DNA from: Octopus sinensis
Lineage: Eukaryota
Direction of reading: 5' to 3'
DNA length: 28,421 nt
NCBI RefSeq assembly: GCF_006345805.1
Contig: NW_021827562.1
Location: 1-28,421 of the forward strand
Shown here: positions 1 through 11,669 of the stretch, in pieces
Position numbering within the stretch: position 1 is the first letter of the stretch
How the letters are laid out: every line of letters starts with the position of its first letter
Program-made: the position numbers and the translations under genes
Notes under the pieces: generated by a model
What the model saw: only the letters and a program-made list of their open reading frames with translations
What the model was told of the DNA's origin: nothing
Database searches by the model: none

Positions 1-225
1 CGCAAAATACTCTCTATGTAACGTCAAGTTTTAAAACAAACATAATTATCGTGTTTTTTTTAGACATTCACTAGTACAACACCAAAAAAAACAAAAACAA
101 ATATGTGGCACCCTAGGCATAACACCAACATGAACTTCAAACCTGTTGTCTCTTGAGGTCTCTGGGTGAGACTTGGAGCCAACTTGTACAAATGTAAAGC
201 AAAAGTCAAACATAGAATAATAATA
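1..225 (+). mobile_element. Dong/R4-type non-LTR retrotransposon 3' end, family 1
   Basis: Starts with RKILSM* (end of the AHILRKILSM C-terminus), then 3' UTR and (AAT)n tail. Homologous to the minus-strand copies at 1164-1300 and 1395-1623. Confidence 0.7.
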
Positions 226-410
226 ACATTGAAAAATATCTTAGGAATGAGAAACCAGGTTCGAAATTTCTCCAAGACACCTGATGATGGCTGGAGGGTA
301 TATCAGCCGAAATGTTGTGTTAACAACAAACAAGATGAGGACAAATATCCGTCAAATGTAAATAATGTAAATAATGTAAATAATTCCTCATCTCTTAAAT
401 ATAGAACTGA
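226..410 (+). mobile_element. Penelope-like terminal fragment with a minimal hammerhead motif, copy 1
   Basis: Near-identical to 765-950. Contains gacac-CTGATGA-t-GGCTG..CAGCC-GAAA-tgtt-gtgtt. Confidence 0.65.
276..321 (+). ncRNA. Minimal type I hammerhead ribozyme-like motif
   Basis: Stem I GACAC/GUGUU, core CUGAUGA (281-287) plus 1 nt, stem II GGCUG/CAGCC, GAAA (309-312), then UGUU (probably CpG-decayed GAAACGUU). Confidence 0.6.
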
Positions 411-436
411 ATAATAATAATAATAATAATGATGAT

Positions 437-506
<70 letters not shown>

Positions 507-584
507 GGAACAGCTCATGTACTGAGAAGAGCATTATCACTGTGAAAACAACATCCATCCATGAAATTATTTATTTATGAATTT

Positions 585-652
585 TTAAATACATATTCTA
601 TCTGTGAATTTGCGCGTGTAATCTGGGAATGCATGCAATGAGCTTCTCTGCC
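585..652 (-). CDS. Candidate distal last coding exon (GQRSSLHAFPDYTRKFTDRICI*)
   Basis: Unique island between repeats with a pyrimidine tract and gtacacctag|GG acceptor. Phase-1 reading ends in TAA, with AATAAA about 10 nt later (570-575) and GT-rich sequence beyond. The other two frames are also open, so the frame is inferred. Confidence 0.35.
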
Positions 653-764
653 CTAGGTGTACGGAAAACACTCGGCGAGAAACGGAAGAAAATTTGAAGA
701 AAGAAGGAAAAAATAATAATAATAATAATAATAATGATAATAATAATGATAATAATAACAACAA

Positions 765-950
765 CATTGAAAAATATCTTAGGAACGAGAACCCAGGTTT
801 GAAATTTCCCCCAAGACACCTGATGAAGGCTGGAGGGTATATCAGCCGAAATGTTGTGTTAACAACAAACAAGATGAGGACAAATATCCATCAAATGTAA
901 ATAATGTAAATAATGTACATAATTCCTCATCTCTTAAATATAGAACTGAA
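765..950 (+). mobile_element. Penelope-like terminal fragment with a minimal hammerhead motif, copy 2
   Basis: Direct repeat of 226-410, sitting in an AAT/AAC microsatellite. Confidence 0.65.
815..860 (+). ncRNA. Minimal type I hammerhead ribozyme-like motif
   Basis: GACAC-CUGAUGA(820-826)-A-GGCUG-gagggtatat-CAGCC-GAAA(848-851)-UGUU-GUGUU. Confidence 0.6.
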
Positions 951-1163
951 AGTAATCTGAATGTTAAAGAATTAATGATGACAGCAGGTTGACAGGGTTT
1001 GTAAGCGCTTCCGAAAAAAGCGCTTTGCATTGTGGGTTCTGACTCTTTATATTCTCGGTTCAAATCCAACTGAAGTCAACTTTTCTTTCCACTAAAATTG
1101 CTGACTTTGTGTCAAAATTTGAAACCATCAACATCATCATCATCATCATTATTATTATTATTA

Positions 1164-1334
1164 TTCTGTGTTTGACTTTTGCTTTACATTTGTACAAGTT
1201 GGCTCCAAGTCTCACCCAGAGACCTCAAGAGACAACAGGCTGGAAGTTCATGTTTTATGCCTAGGGTGCCATATATTTGGGGGGGGGGGTGTTGTACAAG
1301 TGAATATCTAATAAATTAATTTTTTTAAAAATTA

Positions 1335-1397
<63 letters not shown>

Positions 1398-1623
1398 TGT
1401 GTTTGACTTTTGCTTTCCATTTGTACAAGTTGGCTCCAAGTCTCACCCAGAGACCTCAAGAGACAACAAGTTGGAAGTTCATGTCGGTGTTATGCCTAGG
1501 GTGCCATATATTTGGTTTTGTACTTAGTGTTGTACTAGTGAATACCTAAAAAACCATACGAAAATTATGTTTGTTTTAAAACTTGAGATTACATAGAAAG
1601 TATTTTGCGTAGGATATGAGCAT
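1164..1623 (-). mobile_element. Two Dong/R4-type LINE 3' ends (1164-1300, 1395-1623) in (ATT)n
   Basis: Reverse complement of 1-225. The longer copy encodes AHILRKILSM*. Both abut (AAT)n tracts. Confidence 0.7.
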
Positions 1624-1640
1624 CATTATTATTATTATTG

Positions 1641-1677
<37 letters not shown>

Positions 1678-1689
1678 CATTATTATCAT

Positions 1690-1862
1690 AAGGTGCAAGC
1701 TGGCAGAATCGTTAGTTCACCGGGCGAAATGCTTTGAACGTTCTGAGTTCAAATCCTGCTGAGGTCACCTCTGCTTTTCATCCTTTCAGGGTTGATAAAT
1801 TAAGTATCAGTCGATCTTATCGACTGGCCCCCTCCCCCAAAATTTTGGCCCTTGTGCCTAGA
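1690..1862 (+). mobile_element. tRNA-head SINE with a Meta-like central domain; its tail is displaced to 2582-2612
   Basis: A box (tggcagaatcg), B box (gagttcaaatcc), and ctttcatcctttc..ggttgataaattaagta similar to the MetaSINE domain. Confidence 0.7.
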
Positions 1863-2581
1863 TAAAGTGATAGTATGTTGTCAACTTAGTGTGAAAGTCC
1901 CATGAAAGGGAAGAATGCTACTGTTATTTAGCCCCAGGAAACACTGTTTCCTAGGGCTGTCACTCTGAAAAGCTCTATCTGCGACGATTTCATCTCAATC
2001 GAAGGAGAGGGGCTTTCTCCGTCCGGGTTGCGTATCCGTGGAATAAGCTGCCGGACGAGATAGTGAAGATGCCGACGACCGCTCGGTTCAATGTCTCCCT
2101 TGACCACAAATGGCCTGAACTCTTTGCATGAACACCCTCCCTGTACATAACGCCCTGTCCCCCTACATGGCCTTGCTTTTGCTTTTTGAGCCAATAAAAT
2201 TGAATTGAATTGAATATATATATATAAAGCTCTATCTGTGACGATTTCATCTCAATCGAAGGAGAGGGGCTTTCTCCGTCCGGGTTGCGGATCCGTGGAA
2301 TAAGCTGCCGGACGAGATAGTGAAGATGCCGACGACCACTCGGTTCAAAGTCTCCCTTGACCACAAGTGGCCTGAACTCTTTACATGAACACCACCCTGT
2401 ACATAACTTCATGTCCCCTACATGGCCTTGCTTTTTGCTTTTTGAGCCAAAAAATTAACTAACTAACAGAAGCATTCATCCCTTTCATGGGATTGTCACA
2501 TTAAATTGACAACATATTATCGCTTTATTGTACTGCTACTGCGTAAATCTCTCTGAGAGATTTAGAAATCTATTATTTATA
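1863..2581. mobile_element. Fold-back element with a 12-bp target-site duplication, interrupted by CR1
   Basis: cttgtgcctaga at 1851-1862 and 2582-2593. Arms 1862-1943 and 1945-1958 plus 2461-2529 are reverse complements. A small perfect hairpin taaatctctc-t-gagagattta lies near the right end. Confidence 0.6.
1959..2460 (+). mobile_element. Two tandem CR1-clade LINE 3' fragments (1959-2213, 2226-2460)
   Basis: Translation HSEKLYLRRFHLNRRRGAFSVRVAYPWNKLPDEIVKMPTTARFNVSLDHKWPELFA* matches the CR1 ORF2 C-terminal GH.KL..FS.RV...WN.LP...F...LD pattern. Tails are (ATTGA)n and (AACT)n. Confidence 0.8.
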
Positions 2582-2626
2582 CTTGTGCCTAGAGTAGAAA
2601 AGACTATTATTATCCTCTCTCTCTCT

Positions 2627-3422
2627 TTTACTCTTTTACTTGTTTCAGTCATGTGACTGTGGCCATGCTGGAGCACCGCCTTTTTTAGAACAGTTAACTA
2701 CCACCACCACCATCACTACTACTACTGCTAAATAATAATAATAATAATAATAGTAAAAATAAAAATAATAATAATAATGGTTTTTCCCACAAGGTAGTAA
2801 TTTTGGGGGAGGGATCAGCAGATTACATTGACTCCCCCAGTGTTTCACTGGTACTTAATTTATTGACCCCAGGATTTATTCTTTGTAAGCTTAGTACTTA
2901 TTTTATCGGTCTCTTTTTTGCCGAACCGCTAAGTTACGGAGACGTAAATACATCAGCATAGGTTGTCAAGTGATGTTGGGGGGACAAACACAGACACACA
3001 AACATGTACATACATACATATATATATATACATATATACGACGGGCTTCTTTCAGTTTCCGTCAACCAAATCCACTCACAAGGCTTTGGTCGGCCCAAGG
3101 CTATAGTACAAAACACTTACCCAAGGTGCCACGCAGTGGGATGGAACCTGGAACCATGTGGTTGGTAAGCAAGCTACTTACCACACAGCCACTCCTGCGC
3201 CTATATATATATATATATATATATACATATATATATACGACGGGCTTCTTTCAATTTCCGTCTACCAAATCCACTCACAAGGCTTTGGTTGGCCCGAGGC
3301 TATAGTAGAAGACAATTACCCAAGGTGCCACGCAGTGGGATTGAACCCGGAACCCGGAACCATGTGGTTCGTAAGCAAGCTAGTTACCACACAGCTACTT
3401 ACCCCACAGCCACTCCTACGCC
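2627..3422 (-). mobile_element. tRNA-head SINE family 2 (ACCTTGGGCAAGT CORE/V-like motif, GTAAAAGA tail) with a nested Meta-like SINE piece (2780-2870) and an extra head (3237-3422)
   Basis: Same family as 4437-5335, 5731-6119, 25003-25430 and 25640-26386. Head ggcgcaggagtggctgtgtggtaag with an internal TA/TG microsatellite. Confidence 0.75.
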
Positions 3423-3457
<35 letters not shown>

Positions 3458-3471
3458 GCATCATCATCATA

Positions 3472-3686
3472 ATGAGCTGGCAGAATCGTTAGCACGCCGA
3501 GCAAAATGCTTAGCGGTATTTCACCAGTCACTACATTCTGGGTTCAAATTCCGCCAAGGTCAACTTTGCCTTTCATCCTTTTGGGGGGGTCAATAAATTA
3601 AGTACCAGTTATGCACTGAGGGAGTCAATGTAATCTACTCACCCCCTTCTCCAAAATTACTACCTTGTGGGAAAATTTGAAACCAT
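3472..3686 (+). mobile_element. Meta-like tRNA SINE
   Basis: gagctggcagaatcgttagc..ggttcaaattcc..gcctttcatcctt..aagtaccag, followed by an (ATT)n tail. Confidence 0.75.
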
Positions 3687-3709
3687 TATTATTATTTTTA
3701 TTATTATTA

Positions 3710-3754
<45 letters not shown>

Positions 3755-3992
3755 CATTATCATTTTTATTTTTATTATTATTATTATTATTTTATTATTA
3801 TTATTATTATCATTTTATTATTTTATTATTACAATTATTTTTTTATTATTATTTTTATTATTATTATTATTTATTATTATTTTATTATTATTATTATTTT
3901 AATTATTATCATTTTATTATTATTATTATTATTATTATTTTTTTATTATTATTATTATTATTTTATTATTATTATTATTATTATCATTTTTA

Positions 3993-4033
<41 letters not shown>

Positions 4034-4050
4034 TTATTATTATTATTATT
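3685..4050. repeat. Imperfect (ATT)n microsatellite
   Basis: Directly visible. Confidence 0.95.
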
Positions 4051-4436
4051 TAGTGGTGGTGGTGGTGGTAGTTGACTGTTCTTCTCCATTGATGCTCAGG
4101 TCATCTACCAATCTGGTTCAGGCACCAGGCCAGCTCTACCCAAGACCCAATCCAGAAGGCCTATGGTCAAGACATAGGTCATATTCCAGAAGCCACATCT
4201 CTGAGACGGCAAAATCCTAGCTGACAAGACTGCAGAATGTGATTTAAAAGAGATTTAGCTGCTCTGTCTAGCAACTCAAATGACCACATTGAGATTCCTG
4301 CCATTGGTACATTTGACAAGTTATTCTGTGTAATACCATTGCTAGAAATAGCAGCCAAGTATCCTTCAAATTACACCCTACTGTCTTATGTGTGTATGAG
4401 CCAATGAGAGAGACCTCTATTTGGTAGATAGACCTT

Positions 4437-5335
<899 letters not shown>

Positions 5336-5486
5336 CACAGAAATAGCAGCCAAATCTCCCTCAGATCTCACCCAATTGTTTATGCATGTATATACTTAAG
5401 TATGAGCCAATGGGGGAGACCTCCACATGGCAAGACCTGCTGGAAATAGCAGCCAAATATTTCTCAAATCACACCATATTGTCTTA

Positions 5487-5521
<35 letters not shown>

Positions 5522-5730
5522 CAATGAAGATCTGTACATGGTAGCTAGACCTGACTGAAATAACAGCCAAATCTCCCTCAGATCAAATCCTACTGTCTTA
5601 TGTATGTATTTACATATGTATAAGCCAATGTTGGAGACTTCCACATGGTAACTAGACCTGATAGAAATAGCAGCCAAATCTTTCTCAAATCACAATCAAC
5701 TATCTTATGTAAGTAGTTATATATATATAT

Positions 5731-6119
5731 ACTCTTTTACTCTTTTACTCTTTTACTTGTTTCAGTCATTTGACTGCGGCCATGCTGGAGCACCGCTTTT
5801 AATCGAGCAACTCGACCCCGGGACTTATTCTTTTGTAAGCCCAGTACTTATTCTATCGGTCTCTTTTGCCGAACCGCTAAGTAAACGCACCAGCATCGGT
5901 TGTCAAGCGATGTTGGGGTGGGGACAAACACAGACACACAAACATATACACACATACATATATATACATATATACGACGGGCTTCTTTCAGCTTCCGTCT
6001 ACCAAATCCACAAGGCTTTGGTCGGCCTGAAACTATAGTAGAAAACACTTGCCCAAGGTGCCCCGCAGTGGGACTGAACCCGGAACCATGTGGTTGGTAA
6101 ACAAGCTACTTACCACACA
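5731..6119 (-). mobile_element. SINE family 2, near full length
   Basis: (CTCTTTTA)n tail; high similarity to the other family-2 copies. Confidence 0.8.
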
Positions 6120-6778
6120 ATGAGCCAATCAGGGAAACCACTACATGGTAGCTAGACCTGGTAGAGATAGCAACCAAATATCCCTCAAGTGACACCCAAC
6201 TGCCTTATGTATGTATACTTGTGTATATGAATAAACCAATGAAGGAGGCCTGTATATGGTAGCTAGTCATGCAAGAAATAACAGTCAAATCTCCCACAAA
6301 TCACATCTTACTGTATTATGTATATATGTATGTATGTATGTATGGGCCAGTGAAGGGGACCTCTGCATGGTGGCTAGACCTTATAGAAATAGCAGTCAAA
6401 ACTTGTTCAAATCTCACCTAATGTATGTATATATGCATGTATGAGCCAGTGAGGGAAACCATTGATGGATTTCAGTTTTTAATAACTTCATTAAGTTTAC
6501 AAATAAATGCATGAAATTTTGAAACAACATAAAGGATATAATGGAAATTAATATGCACATGTCAAATTTTGCAACACCACTACATCACATATTAAAAATG
6601 ACATCGCTAAATGGCAGCCATTTTTGGCTTTGCACACCCGTGCTCTTTCCCAAACTTACACATACACACACATACAAACAAACAAACAAACAAACAAACA
6701 GAAATTCTTTGTTGATGTTGAAAATGAAGGTGCCTTGGATCTTGGTCAGAAACCAGTTCTTTCACCATTGGCAAGAAA

Positions 6779-7559
6779 TCTCTCTCTATATAGAAAGCTG
6801 AAGTTGTCTGTGTATTGCAGGTTTGGTAGCCTTCAACTAACACTATCTCCTCCAAGACCCTGCTGCGCAAGTTGACCAAAATTGAGAGTATGATAGAAGA
6901 AGGCTTGCTCTTCCTTCTGTAGAAGAAAATATTCAAATCGAACCATGTTAACACCAAAAATTATTTACATTAAAAAGGTGCAATTTTTCTATGAAAATCC
7001 CTATTTTTTACAATTTTTTGAATGCTGTGTCATCATTTTTTGGTGTATTTCAACCAGAAAAATGTTCACTTAAAGAGAATAACAAGCTACATTGTGCAAA
7101 ATTTTTACTTTTCAAAAATTCCAATTCTAAAGGGTCGAAACAAACCCGAGTAACGCCGGGTGATACTGCTAGTATATATATAAAGCTGAAGTTGTCTGCG
7201 TATGGCAGGTTTGGCAGCCTTCAACTAACACTATCTCCTTCAAGACCCTGCGGCACAAATTGACCAAAATTGAGAGTATGATAGAAGAAGGCTTGCTCTT
7301 CCTTCCGTAGAAGAAAAAATTCAAATCGAACCATCTTAACACCAAAAATTATTTACATCAAAAAGGTGCTTTTTTTTTCTATGAAAATCCCTATTTTTTA
7401 CAATTTTTTGAATGCTGTGTCATCATTTTTGGTGTATTTCAACCAAAAATGTTCACTTAAAGAGAATAACAAGCTACATAATGCAAAATATTTACTTTTC
7501 AAAAATTCCAATTCTAAAGGGTCGAAACAAACCCGAGCAACTCCGGGCGATACTGCTAG
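6779..7559 (+). mobile_element. Head-to-tail pair of non-autonomous Helitrons (6779-7172, 7173-7559)
   Basis: 5' A|TC start; each unit ends with a CCCG..CGGG hairpin then CTAG; the pair sits between A and T with no target-site duplication. Confidence 0.8.
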
Positions 7560-7730
7560 TCTTGGAATAAAACTGAATTATGTCTGACATACATACATAC
7601 ATACATACATAGTTGTCACTGCTATTGTTGTAACAAGAACAGCAACAGCAACAACAACAATAACAAGATATTTGAACAGGAAGAAGAAGAAGAAGAAGAA
7701 GAAGAAGAAAAACTATTGTTTTTAAATTTG

Positions 7731-7782
7731 TTTATTAATTTATTTGTATATTTTTGTTCATTTTTTAAAAAATAATTTTATT
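7731..7782 (-). promoter_or_regulatory. Candidate polyadenylation signal cluster
   Basis: Several AATAAA on the minus strand (7777-7782, 7739-7744, 7731-7736) in unique UTR-like sequence, followed by U/GU-rich sequence. AATAAA is common at this AT content. Confidence 0.25.
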
Positions 7783-7869
7783 ACTCAATTTGGAAAAAAA
7801 ATATGACATCACAAACAGGATTTGGATATATTTGTACAAAAACTTGAAGACTCAGATGGAACAATATAC

Positions 7870-7885
7870 ATGTGTGTGTGTGTGT

Positions 7886-7936
<51 letters not shown>

Positions 7937-8027
7937 TGTGTGTGTGTGTATAAACAAAACACATACACTCTATATGTGCGATTGAAAATGTTTACATTAC
8001 TGGAGGTGTTTTTATTTGCGATTTAAA

Positions 8028-8062
<35 letters not shown>

Positions 8063-8075
8063 TATACATATATAC

Positions 8076-8109
<34 letters not shown>

Positions 8110-8392
8110 AACTATATACATACATATATATACATATATACATATATATATTTTATATACATATATATATATATACATATATACATATATATTTATATAT
8201 ATATATACATATTTACATATATATACACATATATATATACATACATATATATATGCATATATATGCATCTATATATGTATGCATATACATATGTATATGT
8301 ATATACATATACATACATACAAATATATATATATGTGTGTGTGTGTGTCGACAAGTTGTTGTATACATATATACACATATGTATATATACGT
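7870..8392. repeat. (TG)n and (TA/CA)n microsatellites
   Basis: Directly visible. Confidence 0.9.
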
Positions 8393-8788
8393 ATTTAATT
8401 TCAACAGCAAATTTTATTTTTGTGCAGAGCACATTTTTATTTTAAAGGATGAGAAAAAACAAAATATTTGTAAACAATTTAAAATATAAGGAGAATGGGT
8501 GAAAAAAGATAACAACATATTTCCTATCTACACCATATTTACAAGTGTCATCCAAATTTATGTCACAGGTTGTCTTTCTGTACCGTCTCCTTGTATGACT
8601 TTGTCCACTCACTGTAGCATCTTAACCTCTTAACATGTTAACCTGTATATTTTCATTTAGTGATGTCTAGTAAATATATATTTGAACAAAAATATACGTT
8701 CACTGTATTCTGAGGCATTTTCACTCATTTCTAACCCCCAAATATATTATTCCTTTTTCCTATCAGTAACTATAATTTCTGTCAGTAA

Positions 8789-9101
8789 TCTTTATATGTC
8801 TGGCCCTGTGTCAGTGGCACGTAAAAGCACCATCCGTTCATGTCCGTTGCCAGCCTCGGCTGGCCCCCGTGCCGGTGACATGTAAAAGCACCATCCGATC
8901 GTGGCCGTTTGCCAGCTCTGTCTGGCACCTGTGCAGGTGGCACGTAAAAAACACCCACTACACTCACGGAGTGGTTGGCGTTAGGAAGGGCATCCAGCCA
9001 TAGAATCACTGCCAGATCTGACTGGGCCTGATGCAGCCTTCCACCTTCACAGACCCCAGTTGAACCGTCCAACCCATGCTAGCATGGAAAGCGGACGCTA
9101 A

Positions 9102-9133
<32 letters not shown>

Positions 9134-9401
9134 GTTGTGTGAGTGTCTGTCTCCTACGATTTAGATTCCTAACTACTCCCACATTTTTCAGTGCAGTTTA
9201 ACCAAAAGCGAGTATCTTATAGTATCTTCTGGGTATTAGCACACGTCTACGATGAGTCTACAATTCCAAAAAAATTTTCCATCATTTTTTCCCATTTTTA
9301 ATGCATATTTTTTTGCTATTATATAAGGGAAGTAACTCTCTAAAAATGCTTATTTAGTTATTTCCCTTACAAACCCGAGCAACGCCGGGCGATACTGCTA
9401 G
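8789..9401 (+). mobile_element. Non-autonomous Helitron, second subfamily, with a nested retroposon
   Basis: A|TCTTTATAT start and cccgagcaacgccggg..CTAG|T end. An empty-site paralog lies at 10803-10834. Confidence 0.8.
8798..9130 (+). mobile_element. (GAT)n-tailed retroposon (SINE or RTE-associated)
   Basis: gtggcacgtaaaagcacc internal repeats, gttggcgttaggaagggcatccagcc motif and (GAT)n tail. Same family as 10410-10754, 23745-24770 and 27579-27730. Confidence 0.75.
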
Positions 9402-9755
9402 TTTCATAATAAAATCGTAACTGATCCAAAATAATTTGTGCTCTTATTCTTCCTTATATACAGATTCAAAATAAATAATAAAATGATTTTTTATTGCATG
9501 AAATTTGAAAAAAAAAATGTATTTGCTGAGATGTTAAGGACCTCTAAAAGTTATCAGTGCTTTTCTGTCTCTCTTTTTCTCTCTCTCTCCCACGTCTTCC
9601 CATATAAATGTATACATTTCGTTTATATATTAATCTCTTAATGTATTATTATCTCATATGTTTTCGTTCAGAGATGTCTATTAAATATATATTTGAACAA
9701 AAATATACGTACACTGTACCCTGCGGTATCTGTCACGTATTTTTAACCCAAAGTA

Positions 9756-10321
9756 TTGGGTGGTCCATAAAGTTTGTGCCGATTTATAGCAGCTTACCTT
9801 TCGACTTATTTTAGACCATGGTTGGGTCCGTAAAATAGGATTTGACTACACCTCCATTTAGAGCACAGTTTAAGCTATCTTTTCATGGAAGAAGGTTTAT
9901 GTTCCTATAACCTGTGTTAATTCTGTAACCCTTTAAAATGGAAGATAAGAAAGTTCATTTTCGGCACTTGATACTTTGGGAACCAGACGAAAATTGCTGC
10001 AGCTCGGCTGGGATGTGTTACCCCACCCTCCATATTCACCAGATATTGCTCCTTTGGATTTCCACTTATTCACGTCTCTGCAGAATAGTCTTAATGGTAA
10101 AAATTTCAATTCCTTGGATGACGTAAAAAGATACCTTGATGAATTCTTTGCCATGAAACCACCTCAATTCTGGGAAGAGGGTATTTTCAAGTTAAAGGAA
10201 AGATGGAGACGCATTGTGCAACAAAATGGTTCATATTTGGTTGATTAAAAATGTAATGGCAAGTATTTATTGACCTTTTTCTTTCCTTTAAAAATCAGCA
10301 CAAACTTTCCAGACAACCCAA
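9756..10321 (+). mobile_element. Internally deleted mariner (mellifera-subfamily-like) with TIRs and TA target duplication
   Basis: TA|ttgggtggtccataaagtttgtgccgattt versus aaatcagcacaaactttccagacaacccaa|TA. Confidence 0.9.
9938..10248 (+). pseudogene. Mariner transposase remnant (N-terminal 15 aa fused out of frame to the C-terminal 88 aa)
   Basis: MEDKKVHFRHLILWE, then in another frame LGWDVLPHPPYSPDIAPLDFHLF...KLKERWRRIVQQNGSYLVD* (mariner YSPDLAP motif). Confidence 0.9.
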
Positions 10322-10409
10322 TACTTCGTCCATGATTGTTTTTCCCATTTTCTATTATTATTATTATTATTATTTTTCCCATTTTCTATTATAATCATAT
10401 TAATATATC

Positions 10410-10754
10410 AGCTGTGATACCAGTGCCGGTGGCATGTAAGAGAACCATCCGAACGTGGCCATTGCCAGCGCCGCCCCGACTGGCCTCGTGCCAGTGGCAC
10501 GTAAAAAGCATCATCCGATCGTGGTCGTTTGCCAGCACCGTCTGGCACCTGTGCGGGTGGCACGTAAAAAGCACCCACTACACTCACGGAGTGGTTGGCG
10601 TTAGGAAGGGCATCCAGCCGTAGAAACATTGCCAGATCTGACTGGCCTGATGCAGCCTTCTGGCTTCCCAGACCCCAGTTGAACCGTCCAACCCATGCTA
10701 GCATGGAAAGCGGACGCTAAACAATGATGAGGATGATGATGATGATAATGATGA
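10410..10754 (+). mobile_element. (GAT)n-tailed retroposon with a long flanking direct repeat
   Basis: Same family as 8798-9130. tatttttcccattttctattat occurs at 10371-10392 and 10755-10776. Confidence 0.75.
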
Positions 10755-11097
10755 TTATTTTTCCCATTTTCTATTATTAACTATCCTTAACTACCATTAA
10801 CGGTCAGTAACTTCACAATGAAATCATAACTGATGTAAAATGTTTTCTACACTTATTCTTCCTTATATACGATTCAAAATAAATAGTGATTAAAAATGGA
10901 ATTTTTTGCATGGGAGCTGGAAAAAAATGTGTCTGTTAAGAAGAGTTTAATGATTTATGTAGGAAATTTGCAGAACACACGTTTTTAGCTTTCTATTCCC
11001 TTGTGGGTAACAGTACTGTTCCTTTGTCACCTTGTATTTGGTAACCACTTCTTTTATAACAAAGAATGAGGCCAGACTTAGTACTATGATTCATAAT

Positions 11098-11657
11098 TGT
11101 CGGAGCACTGCATCCTTCAAAACTTCCATGCTTCCTGAGATTCGCCAACACTACACTTGATTTTCTCCCCTCCATACACACACAAACATGTTCACTTTCC
11201 AGACATTTCTACATTACTGCATGTACTTTATATGCACTTTCTGACAAGTTGTGGTGCACCTGAGCACTGTATACAATAATTTCATTATTATTATTATTTA
11301 AAAACTCCACCTGTCTAACACCCATGGACATGTTTAGAAAGTCATAAAACAGCACAGCTCCTTCCATGGCTTTTGGAAACATTTATTCACGCTGAGAGTT
11401 GCTGAAGCATGGAACAAACTGCCAGCATCAGTTGTTAGTTGTCGGAGCACTGCATCGTTGAAAACTTCCATGCTTCCTGAGATTCTCCAACACTACACTT
11501 GATTTTCTCCCCTCCATACACACACAGCCATGTATCTGACTCATACACTGTTCGCTTTCCAGATATTTGTACATTACTGCATGTACTTTATATGCACTTT
11601 CTGAAAAGTTGTGGTGCACCTGAGCACTGTATACAATAATTTCATTATTATTATTAT
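11098..11657 (+). mobile_element. Two tandem CR1-clade LINE 3' fragments, second family (11098-11298, 11299-11657)
   Basis: The longer copy translates to THGHV*KV..KHLFTLRVAEAWNKLPASVVSCRSTASLKTS; both have (ATT)n tails. Confidence 0.75.
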
Positions 11658-11669
11658 ATACTTCGGCTT

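Noticed and set aside
1928-2412. Minus-strand ORFs of 88 and 140 aa
   Set aside because: They are antisense to the CR1 ORF2 remnants, which read on the + strand.
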